A stretch of 64,000 nucleotides of DNA, from NCBI GenBank assembly GCA_016190445.1, contig JACPQL010000041.1, positions 215 through 64,214 of the forward strand. The letters run 5' to 3'. Positions 37,892 through 48,621 of the stretch are shown piece after piece; within the stretch, counting starts at the first letter, position 1; the number at the start of each line of letters is the position of its first letter. The notes below the pieces were generated by a model that saw only the letters and a list, made by a program, of their open reading frames with translations, was not told the origin of the DNA and made no database searches. This DNA is from Chloroflexota bacterium. Its GTDB lineage: Bacteria > Chloroflexota > Dehalococcoidia > Lucifugimonadales > JACPQL01. Position numbers and translations under genes: made by a program.

Positions 37892-38042
37892 GCAACCGGA
37901 ACACGTTAAGCTAGTTCCAGAAGAAAAGTTCAAAGAGGCGTTGAAGCAAGTGCTCTGCACCTCGAAAGTAGAATCTGGCGCTCAATTAGCCAACTTCCAG
38001 GCTTCGAACAAAGTACGCCGCGAGAAAAAACGCAAACTATAG
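37881..38042 (+). CDS. Small basic protein, 53 aa (cassette gene 4)
   Basis: Read manually: MPDKQPEHVKLVPEEKFKEALKQVLCTSKVESGAQLANFQASNKVRREKKRKL; overlaps the stop of gene 3. Confidence 0.5.
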   Translation: MPDKQPEHVKLVPEEKFKEALKQVLCTSKVESGAQLANFQASNKVRREKKRKL

Positions 38043-38056
38043 CCCTGACCCGATGC

Positions 38057-38077
38057 TGCGTCAACAATATTATTGCC
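38057..38077. mobile_element. Possible right end of an IS1595-like element
   Basis: TGCGTCAACAATATTATTGCC at the point where GC content rises again; resembles IS1595-family ends as I recall them; no partner end found. Confidence 0.35.
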
Positions 38078-38193
38078 CTGCGAAGACCAAGCGACTGCGG
38101 GGTGGCTTGCCGGGCGACCCTGAGGGTAGTCGGCATTCCTGCGGATGCGTCCTGCGCCACGCCGTCCCTCTGCTATAATCAGCCGTAGCACCC

Positions 38194-39231
38194 ATGGAAA
38201 AGCTGTTTGGCGAGTACAAGTCCCACCTGCTGGGGAGCCGTGGGCTCTCCCCTGCCACGGTGCGTAACTACCTGGACGACCTGCATCCCTTCAGGGAGTA
38301 CCTGGCCAGGGAGGGCCTGGAGCCGGAGGCGGGCGTGGAGGCACTGCACGCTTTCCTGCTCCAGGACGGAGAGGCGGGTGTGCCCATCCGGTACCGGCGC
38401 CTGGTGCGCGACTACCTGGCCTGGCTCATGCAGGGGAGGCCCGTTCAGGAGGGCACTCGGGCCAGGCGGCGCGGCCACGCCCGGGACAGTGTCATCCGGA
38501 TGCTGGTTGCCCTTCGGAGCTTCATGACCTACTGTATCCAGCTAGGCCTGCTGCCGGACGCGCCTATATGGAAGAGGCGCTCCTCCGCCATGCGCGCACT
38601 GATGCCCAAGCGGGAGCGCCGCCTTCCGGACGTCCTCACGCGCAGGGAGGCCGCCGATCTCATGGACGCCGCCGATGGTGGCGGTGCCGTCGAGCGGCCG
38701 CCCGGCCTGCCGGAGCGAGATGCCGCCCTTCTGGAGCTGCTATACTCCAGCGGCCTCCGGGTGAGCGAGGCCTCGGGGCTGGACATTGAAAGCCTGAGCC
38801 TGTCGGCGCGGGAGGTGCGGGTGCGTGGCAAGGGGAACAAGGAGCGCATGGTGCGGGTGGGCAGGCCCGCAGCCGCTGCCATGGAGCGCTACCTGGAGAA
38901 GGGACGTCCCTTTCTGATCTGCCCCGCATCGGGCGGAGCACTCTTCCTGAACCGGTCAGGGGGACGCCTTTCGCCGCGGAGCATCCAGAAGCTGGTGAGG
39001 CGGTACGCCCTGGCTTCGGGGCTGCGACCCGGCGTGCACCCCCACACGTTGCGTCACAGCTTCGCCACTCACCTGCTGGAGGGTGGGGCAGACCTGCGAG
39101 TCGTCCAGGAGTTGCTGGGCCACAGCAGTCCCCGTACCACGCAGGTGTACACCCACGTTACCCCCGCTGAGGCGCGACGTGTCTATCTACAGGCACACCC
39201 CAGGGCGAGGGTGGGGGGGGGTGGCACATGA
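38194..39231 (+). CDS. xerC: Tyrosine recombinase XerC/XerD family
   Basis: RDAALLELLYSSGLRVSE, GKGNKER, HPHTLRHSFATH, LLGHSS...TQVY; position after dprA-topA. Confidence 0.88.
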   Translation: MEKLFGEYKSHLLGSRGLSPATVRNYLDDLHPFREYLAREGLEPEAGVEALHAFLLQDGEAGVPIRYRRLVRDYLAWLMQGRPVQEGTRARRRGHARDSVIRMLVALRSFMTYCIQLGLLPDAPIWKRRSSAMRALMPKRERRLPDVLTRREAADLMDAADGGGAVERPPGLPERDAALLELLYSSGLRVSEASGLDIESLSLSAREVRVRGKGNKERMVRVGRPAAAAMERYLEKGRPFLICPASGGALFLNRSGGRLSPRSIQKLVRRYALASGLRPGVHPHTLRHSFATHLLEGGADLRVVQELLGHSSPRTTQVYTHVTPAEARRVYLQAHPRARVGGGGT

Positions 39232-39674
39232 GGGTCCTGGTGGTGAATGGGCCCAACCTGAACCTACAGGGGAGCCGCCAGCCCGAGGTGTATGGGACCA
39301 TGACCCTGGGCGACATCGAGGCCGCCGTCTCCCGGCGGGCCCAAGAGCTGGGGGTGGAGGTAGCTTTCTTCCAGTCCAACACCGAGGGGGCCATCGTTGA
39401 CTTCCTTCAGGCAGAGGCACCCCAGGTCCAGGGGGTCATCATCAACCCCGGCGCCCTGACCCACTACGGGCTCTCTCTGCGGGACGCTCTGGCCGCCCTC
39501 CCAGTGCCGGTGGTGGAGGTGCACCTTTCCAACATCTATGCCCGCGAGGAGTTCCGGCGCCAGTCGGTGATGGCGCCGGTGGTGCGGGGCCAGCTCTCCG
39601 GGCTGGGCTGGTGGGGGTACGTGGGCGCCCTGGAGTACCTGGCATCGGTTGTTGGGAAGGAGGGAGCAAGGTGA
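39228..39674 (+). CDS. aroQ: Type II 3-dehydroquinate dehydratase
   Basis: NGPNLN, QSNTEG, INPGALTH, EVHLSNIYAREEFR. Confidence 0.96.
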   Translation: MRVLVVNGPNLNLQGSRQPEVYGTMTLGDIEAAVSRRAQELGVEVAFFQSNTEGAIVDFLQAEAPQVQGVIINPGALTHYGLSLRDALAALPVPVVEVHLSNIYAREEFRRQSVMAPVVRGQLSGLGWWGYVGALEYLASVVGKEGAR

Positions 39675-40753
39675 ACGCAGCAGGCCCCCTTGACCGCCTT
39701 CGTGGACTTTTGAAGCAACAGGAGCTGGACGCCCTCTTTGTATCTACGCCCGAGAACCGCCGCTATCTCTCGGGGTTCGATGGCTCCGCGGGCTGTCTGA
39801 TCATCACCCAGAGCGACGCCATTCTGGCCACGGACTTCCGCTACGTGGAGCAGGCGGGCCGGCAGGCGCCGGACTACCGGGTGGTGAGGACCGGGGTGGA
39901 GAGCAAGTGGTTCCCCACGCTCCTTTCGGAGCTGGGGGTGCGACGGGTGGGCTTTGAGGCCCAGGACCTGACCGTGGCCCAGTATAACCAGCTCACCGAG
40001 TCCCTGGGCAAGGGCAACGGGGTCAGCCTGGTGCCCACCCAGGGCATGGCGGAGCGGCTCCGGGCCGTCAAGACTCCCGAGGAGCGGGGGCTCATCCAGC
40101 GGGCCATTGACGCCGCCGACACAGCTTTCAGCCGGGTGGTCTCCACGATGCGCCCCGGCATCACCGAGCAAGAACTGGCCTGGGAGCTGGAGAAGGCGAT
40201 GCGCGAGTTGGGCGCGGAGAAGATGTCCTTCGATATCATCGTGGCTGCTGGCCCCAACGGAGCACTCCCCCACCATCACCCCTCGGAGCGGGTGATACGG
40301 ACAGGTGAGCCGGTAGTCATTGACATGGGTGCCCGCTACCAGGGGTACTGTAGCGACATGACCCGCACCGTGGTGCTGGGCGACGGGGGCGAGACCTTCC
40401 GCAGGGTGTTCGACACGGTGCTGGCCGCGCAGGAGACGGCCATAGCTGCGGTGGAGGCGGGCATGACGGGGGAGCAGGCCGATTCCCTGGCGAGGCGCGT
40501 CATTCAGGAGGCGGGCTACGGCGACAACTTCGGCCACGGCCTGGGCCACGGGGTGGGCCTGGCAGTCCACGAGTTCCCCCGGCTGGGCTTGCGCTCTGCC
40601 GATGTGCTGGAAGAGGGCATGGTGTTCACCATTGAGCCGGGGGTCTACCTGAGCGGATGGGGCGGCGTGAGGATAGAGGACATGGTGGTGCTGGAGGGCG
40701 GGCGGGCCGGGGTGCTCACCAGGGCGCCCAAAAAGGAGAAAGCAGGAGAGTGA
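39671..40753 (+). CDS. Xaa-Pro aminopeptidase (M24)
   Basis: TDFRY, YCSDMTRT, HGLGHGVGLAVHE, TIEPGVY, GVRIED. Confidence 0.93.
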   Translation: MNAAGPLDRLRGLLKQQELDALFVSTPENRRYLSGFDGSAGCLIITQSDAILATDFRYVEQAGRQAPDYRVVRTGVESKWFPTLLSELGVRRVGFEAQDLTVAQYNQLTESLGKGNGVSLVPTQGMAERLRAVKTPEERGLIQRAIDAADTAFSRVVSTMRPGITEQELAWELEKAMRELGAEKMSFDIIVAAGPNGALPHHHPSERVIRTGEPVVIDMGARYQGYCSDMTRTVVLGDGGETFRRVFDTVLAAQETAIAAVEAGMTGEQADSLARRVIQEAGYGDNFGHGLGHGVGLAVHEFPRLGLRSADVLEEGMVFTIEPGVYLSGWGGVRIEDMVVLEGGRAGVLTRAPKKEKAGE

Positions 40754-40756
40754 AGC

Positions 40757-41323
40757 ATGGTCCTTGGGTTCAGCGACCTGAAAAACGGAATGACCATCGA
40801 ACTGGACGGCGAGCCCTATAAGGTGGAGGAGTTCACCCACACCAAGATGCAGCAGCGGGCTCCAACCGTACGTATCCGGCTGCGCAATCTCCGCACCGGC
40901 AAGATGGTGGAGCGCTCCTTCTCGGGGTACAAGCTCCAGTTGACTCCGGCACAGGTGGAGACCCGCGCCGCCCAGTATCTTTACAACGACGGCGAACATT
41001 ACCACTTCATGGACACGGAGAACTTCGAGCAGTACCCCCTTAGCCTGGAGCAACTCGGCGACGCGGTCAACTACCTCACGGAACAAGGGGAGGTGGAGCT
41101 GCTCTTCTTCAAGGAGGCCCCTATTGCCCTGGAGCTTCCCACCACCGTGGACCTGGCTGTGGTGGAGACGGCACCCGGCTTCAAAGGGGACACCGCATCG
41201 GGCAGCACCAAGCCTGCCAAGGTGGAGACGGGCATAATGGTCCAGGTCCCCTTCTTTGTAAACACGGGGGAGAAGATCAGAGTGGACACCCGCACCGGCC
41301 AGTACGTGGAGCGCGTGGGTTAG
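40757..41323 (+). CDS. efp: Translation elongation factor P
   Basis: YLYNDG, PGFKGDT, VPFFVNTGEKIRVDTRTGQYVER; aroQ-pepP-efp synteny. Confidence 0.95.
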   Translation: MVLGFSDLKNGMTIELDGEPYKVEEFTHTKMQQRAPTVRIRLRNLRTGKMVERSFSGYKLQLTPAQVETRAAQYLYNDGEHYHFMDTENFEQYPLSLEQLGDAVNYLTEQGEVELLFFKEAPIALELPTTVDLAVVETAPGFKGDTASGSTKPAKVETGIMVQVPFFVNTGEKIRVDTRTGQYVERVG

Positions 41324-41335
41324 AAGGGGCTCCCT

Positions 41336-41617
41336 ATGGACGAGAAGGTTCTCACCCGGCACCCCGAAGGGAAGCGGGGCAGAAGCATAAGCAGGGCCAA
41401 GTACGAGGCCGTGCGACAGGCCATCCTGGACTCCCTTGCGCCCCGAGGGGAGCTAACTCACACTGCACTGACGGAGGCTGTGGTGGAGAGGCTGAAGGGC
41501 AAGTTCACCGGCTCCATCCCCTGGTACATGGAGACGGTGAAGCTGGACCTGGAGGCGAAAGGGATCATCCAGCGGGTGCCCAACACCAGGCCCCAGCATG
41601 TCCGGCTGGTCAAGTAA
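41336..41617 (+). CDS. Small conserved protein (DUF6958-like)
   Basis: KYEAVRQAIL...GSIPWYMETVKLDLEAKG; family name from recall. Confidence 0.7.
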   Translation: MDEKVLTRHPEGKRGRSISRAKYEAVRQAILDSLAPRGELTHTALTEAVVERLKGKFTGSIPWYMETVKLDLEAKGIIQRVPNTRPQHVRLVK

Positions 41618-41671
41618 GCCTGCCGATTCTACAGCCGCGGGGCCCTACCTTACACCCTGGAAGGAGCGGCC

Positions 41672-42334
41672 ATGACTATTGATGTACACGAGGTGGTGGT
41701 GCTGCGCCCGCTCCAGTGGCATGAGTACGAGGCTGCGACCATCCAGCACGTCATCCCGTACCTGGCCCGCCACGGGGCCCAGGTGCTGGGGCTCTGGTAC
41801 ACCGTCGTCGGACAGGTGGATGAGGCGGTGATGATCACTCGCTATCGGGACTTGGCCCACTGGGAGCAGACGCACCAGGGGGGCGAGGGCAATCCGGCGG
41901 AGCGCCGCGCCTTCCAGGAGGCGCTGGCGCATCGCTCAGGGCTTTGCCTGGAGGAGACGGCCAAGCTCATGGTGCCCAGCACGGTGGCCCAGGGGGTGAA
42001 GTTGGACATGGAGGGGCGCAAGGTTTTCGCCAACCGCACCCAGCACCTGGTCCCGGGAGGGTGGGTGGAGTACGAGCGGATCACCGCCACGGAGATGTGG
42101 CCTCGTCTTATCCCCAGGGGCGCGGAGCCGGTGGGGCTGTGGCGCACCCTGGTGGGGCGGGCCAACGAGGCCAACCTGCTGACCCAGTACAAGGACATGG
42201 CGGCCTGGGAGAGCACCCACCCGGCCCACGGTGCCGGCGAAGGGGACAACGTAGACCCGTCCCGGCAGCGTCGCAAGGGACTTTTCCGTGGGGAGCACCT
42301 GCGGCTTATGCTGGCCAGCCGCTACAGGCCGTAG
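41672..42334 (+). CDS. Tandem NIPSNAP-like domain protein
   Basis: Two repeats of G(A)xxxGLWxTxVG...Y(R/K)DxAxWE. Confidence 0.75.
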   Translation: MTIDVHEVVVLRPLQWHEYEAATIQHVIPYLARHGAQVLGLWYTVVGQVDEAVMITRYRDLAHWEQTHQGGEGNPAERRAFQEALAHRSGLCLEETAKLMVPSTVAQGVKLDMEGRKVFANRTQHLVPGGWVEYERITATEMWPRLIPRGAEPVGLWRTLVGRANEANLLTQYKDMAAWESTHPAHGAGEGDNVDPSRQRRKGLFRGEHLRLMLASRYRP

Positions 42335-42408
42335 AAGCTACGTGGCTCTGTTGACACATCGTGCCGCTCGTCCTGAGCCTGTCGAAGGGCGAGCGGCAAA
42401 ACGGGTGC

Positions 42409-42786
42409 TCAGCCTGTCCGCTTGAACCGCATCGCTGACCAGTCGTCATCAATAGCCACCAGGGAGACCCCCGTGAGGCCATACCTGGCCATGAGCGCGT
42501 TGCCTGTGTCGCGGTTAATGTCCGCCTTGTACTTCTTGAAAGTGCCCTTGGGGTATGCGACCCAGAACACTGCGTTATCCTCCAGGAAAGACGACGCGAT
42601 GTTGGCAATCTCCTCAGCCTCCCCCAGTGACTTGGCGAAGGCAATGGCCCACTCGTACTTGCCCTTGGGAGAGGTGTCCACCGGCACGCCGAGGTCATTC
42701 ATGACCTGGGGGAACTCAGTGGGGGCCTGGTAGACGAGGGACGGCGACTGGCCCTTATGCATCAGCTTCTTGAGCACAGGATTCAT
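42409..42786 (-). CDS. Conserved hypothetical protein (DUF3052-like)
   Basis: WVAYPKG...DINRD...VAIDDDWSAMRF. Confidence 0.75.
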   Translation of the reverse strand: MNPVLKKLMHKGQSPSLVYQAPTEFPQVMNDLGVPVDTSPKGKYEWAIAFAKSLGEAEEIANIASSFLEDNAVFWVAYPKGTFKKYKADINRDTGNALMARYGLTGVSLVAIDDDWSAMRFKRTG

Positions 42787-42834
42787 GGCACTCGCTTTGT
42801 TCACAACTGGTGGGCCGTCGGGGACCCGAACCAT

Positions 42835-42863
42835 AAGAGCGCGGACTGAAGGTCCGCGCTCTT
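42835..42863 (-). terminator. Hairpin downstream of pnp
   Basis: 12-bp stem AAGAGCGCGGAC/GTCCGCGCTCTT. Confidence 0.6.
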
Positions 42864-42885
42864 TCTGGCTGGGCTAGCTGGAGAC

Positions 42886-45162
42886 CTAGCGGGGGCCGGG
42901 CCTGGGGCCAGGGCCGCCGGTAGGCGGTGCGCCGGGGCGCCCGCGCTCCCCGCGGTAAGAGCCGTTGGGCCTCCCACCCCTGGGTGGGCCCCCCTCCCCA
43001 AACCCATGCCTGGGCGGGCCACCCGGCCCCATGCGCTCCCGCGGGGGCTCTCGGCGCTCCTCTCGGTGGGCTGGCGTGGACTCCCCCAAGAGAACGGCCC
43101 GGCGGGAGAGATTGATGCGGCCCATCCGGTCTATCTCGACCACCTTCACCTCAAGCTCGTCTCCCACCTTCACCACGTCCTCCACGCTGGTGACGCGCTC
43201 CTCCGCCAGCTCGCTGATATGGACCAGCCCCTCCTTGCCGGGAAGGATCTCCACGAAGGCGCCGAAGTTCATCAGGCGGGTCACCTTCCCCTTGTAGGTC
43301 TGGCCCACCTCAACCTCGCGGGTGAGGGTCTCGATGATGCTGATGGCCCGCTGCGAGGCCTCCCCGTTCACCGAACCTATGGTGATGGTGCCGTCATCGG
43401 CCACGTCAATGGTGACGCCCGTCTCCTCGATGATGCTCCGGATGGTCTTGCCCCCCGGGCCTATGACCGCGCCTATCTTGTCCACCGGCACGGTGATCCG
43501 CACCATCCTGGGGGCGTAGGGGCTGAGGGTGGAGCGGGTCTGGGGCATGGTGTCGGTCATACGGGACAGGATGTGCAGCCTCCCGGCTTGGGCCTGTGCC
43601 AGGGCCTGGCGCATCACATCCAGAGTGATGCCCTTCATCTTGATGTCCATCTGGAGGGCTGTTATGCCCGCCGCGGTGCCCGCCACTTTGAAGTCCATAT
43701 CGCCCAGGAAGTCTTCGATGCCCTGGATGTCGCTCAGGACAACGAACCTGCCATGGTCGCCCATGACCAAGCCCATGGCCACTCCAGCTACAGGACGCTT
43801 GATGGGGGTGCCCGCGTCCATCAGCGCCAGGGTGCTCCCGCAGACGCTTGCCATGGAGGTGCTGCCGTTGGAGCTAAGCACCTCGGAGACGATGCGTATG
43901 GTGTAGGGGAACTCCTCTTCTCCGGGGATCACTGGTGCCAGTGCGCGCTCCGCCAGGGCACCGTGGCCAACCTCTCGCCTGCCGGGAGAGCCCAGGCGGC
44001 GCACCTCCCCCACGGAGAAGGGGGGGAAGTTGTAGTGGTGCATGAAACGTTTGGTGTCCTCCGGACTCAGGGTGTCCAGCCTCTGTTCCTCGCGCATGGA
44101 GCCCAGGGTGACGATGCTGAGCACCTGAGTCTGGCCGCGAGTGAACAGGCCCGAGCCATGGGTCCGGGGCAGTATGCCTACCTGGCAGGAGATGGGCCGG
44201 ATGTCCCTGGGACCGCGCCCGTCGGGGCGGCGGCCCTGGTCCAGAATCTTGGTGCGGACAACTCGCTTGAGGAGGGCATCGAAAGCCTCGGCCACCTGGG
44301 CCTTCCCATCGGTGTCGCCCAGCTTCTGGACCAACTCCTCTTCAATAGCTCTGAGTTCGGCGTTGCGCTCTCCTTTGGCCTCTCCACGGTCTATGAGCGC
44401 TGCCAGGCGGTCTCTGGCGATGCCAGAGACCCGCTCTTCCAGTGTAGGCTCCACGCCCTTGGGAGCAGTGAACGCCATCTTGGGCTTGCCGATCTCGGCT
44501 GCCATCCGGTTCTGGAGGTCAATAAGCACCTGGTTGATCTCCTGCCCGCGGCGTATGGCCTCCAGGACCACCTCCTCGGGCACCTCCTTTGCGCCTGCCT
44601 CCACCATGACCACGGCATCGCGGGTGCCGGCCACCACCAGCTCCAGCGCACCCTGCTGGATCTGGGCAAAAGTGGGGTTCACCACAAACTGGTTGTCCAG
44701 GTAGCCCATGCGCGTGGCGGCCACCGGCCCACCAAAGGGGACCTCCGAGATGGAGAGGGCGGTGGAGGCGCCTATTATGCCCAGGACGTCCGGGGGGTTC
44801 TCTTTGTCCACCGAAAGTATGGTGATGATGACCTGAACGTCGTTGCGAAGCCCCTTGGGGAACAGGGGCCGAAGGGGCCGGTCCGTCAGGCGCGCTGCCA
44901 GGGTCGCCTCCTGTGAGGGGCGGCCCTCCCTGCGGAAGAAGCTGCCGGGGATTTTGCCCGCAGCGTATAGCCTTTCCTCGTAGTCCACGGTGAGGGGGAA
45001 AAAGTCTGCCCCCTCGCGGGGCTGGGGGGAGATGCAGGCGGTGGCCAGGACCACGCAGTCGCCATAGCGGAGCGTTACTGCCCCTCCAGCCTGTTCAGCC
45101 AACTCACCAGTCTCAATGACCAGTCTCTTCCCCGCCACCTCTACCTCGTAGTTCCGTGCCAT
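42886..45162 (-). CDS. pnp: Polyribonucleotide nucleotidyltransferase
   Basis: [39 protein letters not shown] and S1 domains. Confidence 0.97.
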   Translation of the reverse strand: MARNYEVEVAGKRLVIETGELAEQAGGAVTLRYGDCVVLATACISPQPREGADFFPLTVDYEERLYAAGKIPGSFFRREGRPSQEATLAARLTDRPLRPLFPKGLRNDVQVIITILSVDKENPPDVLGIIGASTALSISEVPFGGPVAATRMGYLDNQFVVNPTFAQIQQGALELVVAGTRDAVVMVEAGAKEVPEEVVLEAIRRGQEINQVLIDLQNRMAAEIGKPKMAFTAPKGVEPTLEERVSGIARDRLAALIDRGEAKGERNAELRAIEEELVQKLGDTDGKAQVAEAFDALLKRVVRTKILDQGRRPDGRGPRDIRPISCQVGILPRTHGSGLFTRGQTQVLSIVTLGSMREEQRLDTLSPEDTKRFMHHYNFPPFSVGEVRRLGSPGRREVGHGALAERALAPVIPGEEEFPYTIRIVSEVLSSNGSTSMASVCGSTLALMDAGTPIKRPVAGVAMGLVMGDHGRFVVLSDIQGIEDFLGDMDFKVAGTAAGITALQMDIKMKGITLDVMRQALAQAQAGRLHILSRMTDTMPQTRSTLSPYAPRMVRITVPVDKIGAVIGPGGKTIRSIIEETGVTIDVADDGTITIGSVNGEASQRAISIIETLTREVEVGQTYKGKVTRLMNFGAFVEILPGKEGLVHISELAEERVTSVEDVVKVGDELEVKVVEIDRMGRINLSRRAVLLGESTPAHREERREPPRERMGPGGPPRHGFGEGGPPRGGRPNGSYRGERGRPGAPPTGGPGPRPGPR

Positions 45163-45231
45163 AAAAGCGAATACCTCCTAAAGTCCCCGGTGCAAGCTGC
45201 CCAGAAAAGGGTAAGCACCCTAACAGGGTGC

Positions 45232-45513
45232 TTACCGGCGCAGTCCTAGCCGTGTGATCAGCGACCTGTACCGCCCCACGTCCTCCTGACCCAGATACCT
45301 TAGCAACCGCCGTCGCTGTCCCACAAGCCTCAGCAGGCCATGCTGAGAATGCTTGTCTTTGGGATGAGTCCGCAAGTGCTCCGTGATCTGGTTGATGCGC
45401 CCTGTGAGGAGCGCCACCTGCACCTCCACAGAGCCAGAATCGCCTTCCTTGGTCTGAAATTCCTTTATTGTCTGCTGCTTCCTGCTATCTGTTACCACGG
45501 GGTCTAATTCCAT
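45232..45513 (-). CDS. rpsO: 30S ribosomal protein S15
   Basis: [34 protein letters not shown]; rpsO-pnp synteny. Confidence 0.95.
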   Translation of the reverse strand: MELDPVVTDSRKQQTIKEFQTKEGDSGSVEVQVALLTGRINQITEHLRTHPKDKHSQHGLLRLVGQRRRLLRYLGQEDVGRYRSLITRLGLRR

Positions 45514-45691
45514 CCGTCTCTCCGAAATCCATTCATCGCATATGATAACATGCTCCTCACTCTGGCACAACGGGATGGCATCCGCCGGAAGGATATTGTG
45601 ATGTCTTGCACAATCCTCCTCCGGTTGCCTTGACGGTGCAGTGGCGGGATGCTATAGTCCGTCCAATTATCGGGGGGGAGGGTGGGCCGCA

Positions 45692-46834
45692 ATGGGGGCA
45701 CCTCAGATCAAGCAACTCCGCAGGGCCTACGGGTTTGACGAGGTAGCCATAGTCCCCGGGGACATCACCGTCAACCCGGAGCAGGCCGCCACCGAGCTGT
45801 CCATTGGCGATCACGTCTTCGCCATCCCGGTGCTCGCATCGGCCATGGATGCAGTGGTGGGCCCTGCTTTCGCCGTGGCGCTCCACGGCCACGGCGGCCT
45901 GGCGGTGATGAACATGGAGGGCGTCCAGGCCCGCTACGAGGACCCCGAGGCTGTGCTCCAGGAACTCGCCTCTGCTCCCCAAGAGAAGGCCACCGCCGCG
46001 CTCCAGAAGGTCTACTCCGCACCCTTGCGGGAAGAGCTGGTGGCCAAGCGGGTGGCCGAGGTGAAGAAGCAGGGCGCCACCTGTGCCGTGTCCTTCACTC
46101 CGGCCATGACCAAACGCCTGGCCCCTGCGGCTGTAGAAGCAGGCGCAGACATTGTGGTGGTGCAGTCCACGGTGACCACCGCCAGGCACATCTCCAAGAG
46201 CTACCGGGGTCTCGTCTTCGCTGAGCTTGTCGAGATGGTGAAAGTGCCTGTGGTGGTGGGCAACTGCGTCACCACCGGCGCTGCCCTGGAGCTGATGGAC
46301 ACGGGCATTCACGGCCTGCTGGTGGGGGTGGGGCCCGGCGCCGCCTGCACCACCCGCGAGGTGGTGGGGGTGGGGGTGCCTCAGGTTACCGCCACCGTAG
46401 ACTGCGCCGCTGCCCGCGACGAGCACTATCGGCGCACTGGCAGGTACGTGCCTGTGATCACCGACGGGGGCATCCGCACCGGCGGCGACCTCTGCAAGGC
46501 GATGGTGGCTGGCGCCGATGGTGTGATGCTGGGGACGCCCTTTGCCCAGACCAAGGAAGCGCCGGGCCGGGGGTTCAACTGGGGGATGGCCACCCCACAT
46601 CCAGAGCTGCCCCGGGGGACCCGCATCAAGGTGGGGACCAGCGGCACTCTACAGCAGCTCCTCTTCGGGCCCACCTCTCGCACCGACGGCACCCAGAACT
46701 TGATCGGGGCTCTGAGGGTGTGCATGGGCATGTGCGGCGCCCTCTCCATCGGCGAGCTGCACAAAGCCGAGATGGTGATAGCCCCTGCCATCCGCACCGA
46801 GGGCAAGATATTCCAGATGCTGGGGCAGTCCTGA
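45692..46834 (+). CDS. GuaB3-family IMP dehydrogenase-related protein
   Basis: [44 protein letters not shown]. Confidence 0.9.
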   Translation: MGAPQIKQLRRAYGFDEVAIVPGDITVNPEQAATELSIGDHVFAIPVLASAMDAVVGPAFAVALHGHGGLAVMNMEGVQARYEDPEAVLQELASAPQEKATAALQKVYSAPLREELVAKRVAEVKKQGATCAVSFTPAMTKRLAPAAVEAGADIVVVQSTVTTARHISKSYRGLVFAELVEMVKVPVVVGNCVTTGAALELMDTGIHGLLVGVGPGAACTTREVVGVGVPQVTATVDCAAARDEHYRRTGRYVPVITDGGIRTGGDLCKAMVAGADGVMLGTPFAQTKEAPGRGFNWGMATPHPELPRGTRIKVGTSGTLQQLLFGPTSRTDGTQNLIGALRVCMGMCGALSIGELHKAEMVIAPAIRTEGKIFQMLGQS

Positions 46835-46926
46835 GCAGGGCGCGCCCTGGCGCGTCGGGGCACCTCCTCCGCTCCACCCGCGTAGCCTCTCCCCCTAAGC
46901 CAGTGTAGGGACGAGTGTGCCTTGCG

Positions 46927-47232
46927 CTAGTACCTGGCTGCAAAAAGCGCGTCATCGTCTTCCGCTCGTGGTGAGCCTGTCGAACCATACGAGCGGAGGA
47001 AAGTTCCCGCTCATGTCCCCGACGAAGTCGGGGCTCAGGATGAGCGGGAACTTAGGGTACGCCCTCGTGTGCGCTGATTTGCGAAAGCAGGCCCGCGCGT
47101 GTGGTTACACAGCAGGGTGGGTGGAAACCCACCTTCCGGCTGGGATATGTTTTGATGGTGGGTTTCGCTGCGCTACACCCACCCTACAAACTGTCCCCTT
47201 CTCACCGGGAAGGGGACTCCAAGGGATGAGGG
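46927..47232. repeat. Cluster of REP-like palindromes between convergent genes
   Basis: CTAG end, GTGAGCCTGTCGAACCA, CCCCGACGAAGTCGGGG, GGGTGGGTGGAAACCCACCC and a GTAG-type REP. Confidence 0.75.
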
Positions 47233-47233
47233 T

Positions 47234-47575
47234 CTACACATCCAGGCTCACGGTTATGGCGGCATTGGACATTACGGTGGCGTCACTCCCGTCCTCGGAA
47301 GGTACCTCCAGGCCGCCGCGGACGACCTGGATGCTCTTCTGGCCGACGGAGAACATCGCCAGCACCTGCCCTCCGTCCACAGCCCCGGGGTTAGGCGAGC
47401 CGATCAGGACGTGAACGTGCACTCGGCTCCAGTCTCCGCCCCCGAAGCTGCGGACGAAGGGAAGGCTGTTGTGCCACAGGGCATTTTCCACAGCCCGCCG
47501 GGCTGCCTTGGTGTAGTCCCTGTCATGCAAGTCAACGCCGGTCCCCATCTCCAGCAGGCACTTCTTCAGGGCCAT
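47234..47575 (-). CDS. Lin0512 family protein
   Basis: EMGTGVDLH, DYTKAARRAVENAL, GGL, NAAITV. Confidence 0.85.
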   Translation of the reverse strand: MALKKCLLEMGTGVDLHDRDYTKAARRAVENALWHNSLPFVRSFGGGDWSRVHVHVLIGSPNPGAVDGGQVLAMFSVGQKSIQVVRGGLEVPSEDGSDATVMSNAAITVSLDV

Positions 47576-47709
47576 GCTCTCCCTCCTCGCACGGATTAGC
47601 CACGCAGAGCGCCTCTCGTTCGCCGTCACCGTACCACAGAGGGGCCGCCGGCGGCCAGTGCTTGAACAGGGACAGCCGGTAGGGTAGTATCGCCATGCGA
47701 GTAAGTGCT

Positions 47710-48621
47710 ATGCCAAAAGACCTTCTCTCCATCGCCGACCTGTCCTACGAGGAGTTCGACCGCCTTCTGACACGGGGCCGCCAGCTCAAGGCCGGAGCCC
47801 AGTGCCAGGCCCTCCGGGGCAAGACGGTGGCCATGCTCTTCGAGAAACCGTCCCTGCGGACCAGGGTCAGCTTCGACATCGCGGTCCATCATCTGGGCGG
47901 ACACCCCCTCTACCTGGGAAAAGATGAAGTGGGCCTGGGACAGCGAGAGCCGGTGGCGGACGTGGCCCGGGTGCTGGAGCGGTACGTCCAGGGCGTTGTG
48001 GCCCGCGTCTTCAGCCACGCCTCGCTGGAGGAGCTGGCACGCGCCGCCTCGGTGCCGGTGATCAATGCCCTCTCTGACCGGGAGCACCCCTGCCAGGCAC
48101 TCGCGGACCTGATGACGGTGCAGGAGAGACGAGGGAAGCTGGGGGGGCTCACCTTCGCCTATGTTGGTGATGGCAACAACGTGGCCCACAGCTTGGCCCT
48201 GGGCTGCGCCCTGGCTGGCGCCAGCTTTGTCATAGCATCGCCCTCAGGCTACGGGCTCCCTGGACCTTTGATGGAGCGTGCCAGCAAGCTGGCCCGGTCG
48301 CCCGGCGCCCAGGTGCACGCTTGCTCAGAGCCGGCAGAGGCAGTCCGTGGCGCCGACGTGGTGTACACTGACGTGTGGACCAGCATGGGCCAGGAGGCAG
48401 AGGCCCAGCAGCGCCGTCGGGTCTTCGCCGGGTTCCAGGTGGACGGCGTCCTGCTGGGCCGGGCCGCGCCCGGTGCGCTGTTCATGCACCCGATGCCGGC
48501 GCACTACGGGGAAGAGGTGGCCCCCGGTATGCTGGACCACCCCCAGTCCGTCGCCTACGACCAGGCAGAGAACCGCCTCCACATTCAGAAGGCTATCCTT
48601 GATCTGCTGCTAGGGCCATGA
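47710..48621 (+). CDS. argF: Ornithine carbamoyltransferase
   Basis: FEKPSLRT, HPCQALAD, GDGNNV, YTDVWTSMGQE, QAENR. Confidence 0.95.
   Translation: MPKDLLSIADLSYEEFDRLLTRGRQLKAGAQCQALRGKTVAMLFEKPSLRTRVSFDIAVHHLGGHPLYLGKDEVGLGQREPVADVARVLERYVQGVVARVFSHASLEELARAASVPVINALSDREHPCQALADLMTVQERRGKLGGLTFAYVGDGNNVAHSLALGCALAGASFVIASPSGYGLPGPLMERASKLARSPGAQVHACSEPAEAVRGADVVYTDVWTSMGQEAEAQQRRRVFAGFQVDGVLLGRAAPGALFMHPMPAHYGEEVAPGMLDHPQSVAYDQAENRLHIQKAILDLLLGP

Noticed and set aside
38194-39231. Tyrosine recombinase as the integrase of the adjacent cassette
   Set aside because: It has host-like GC, XerC-type motifs, the conserved dprA-topA-xerC position and coupling to aroQ; no att repeats were seen.
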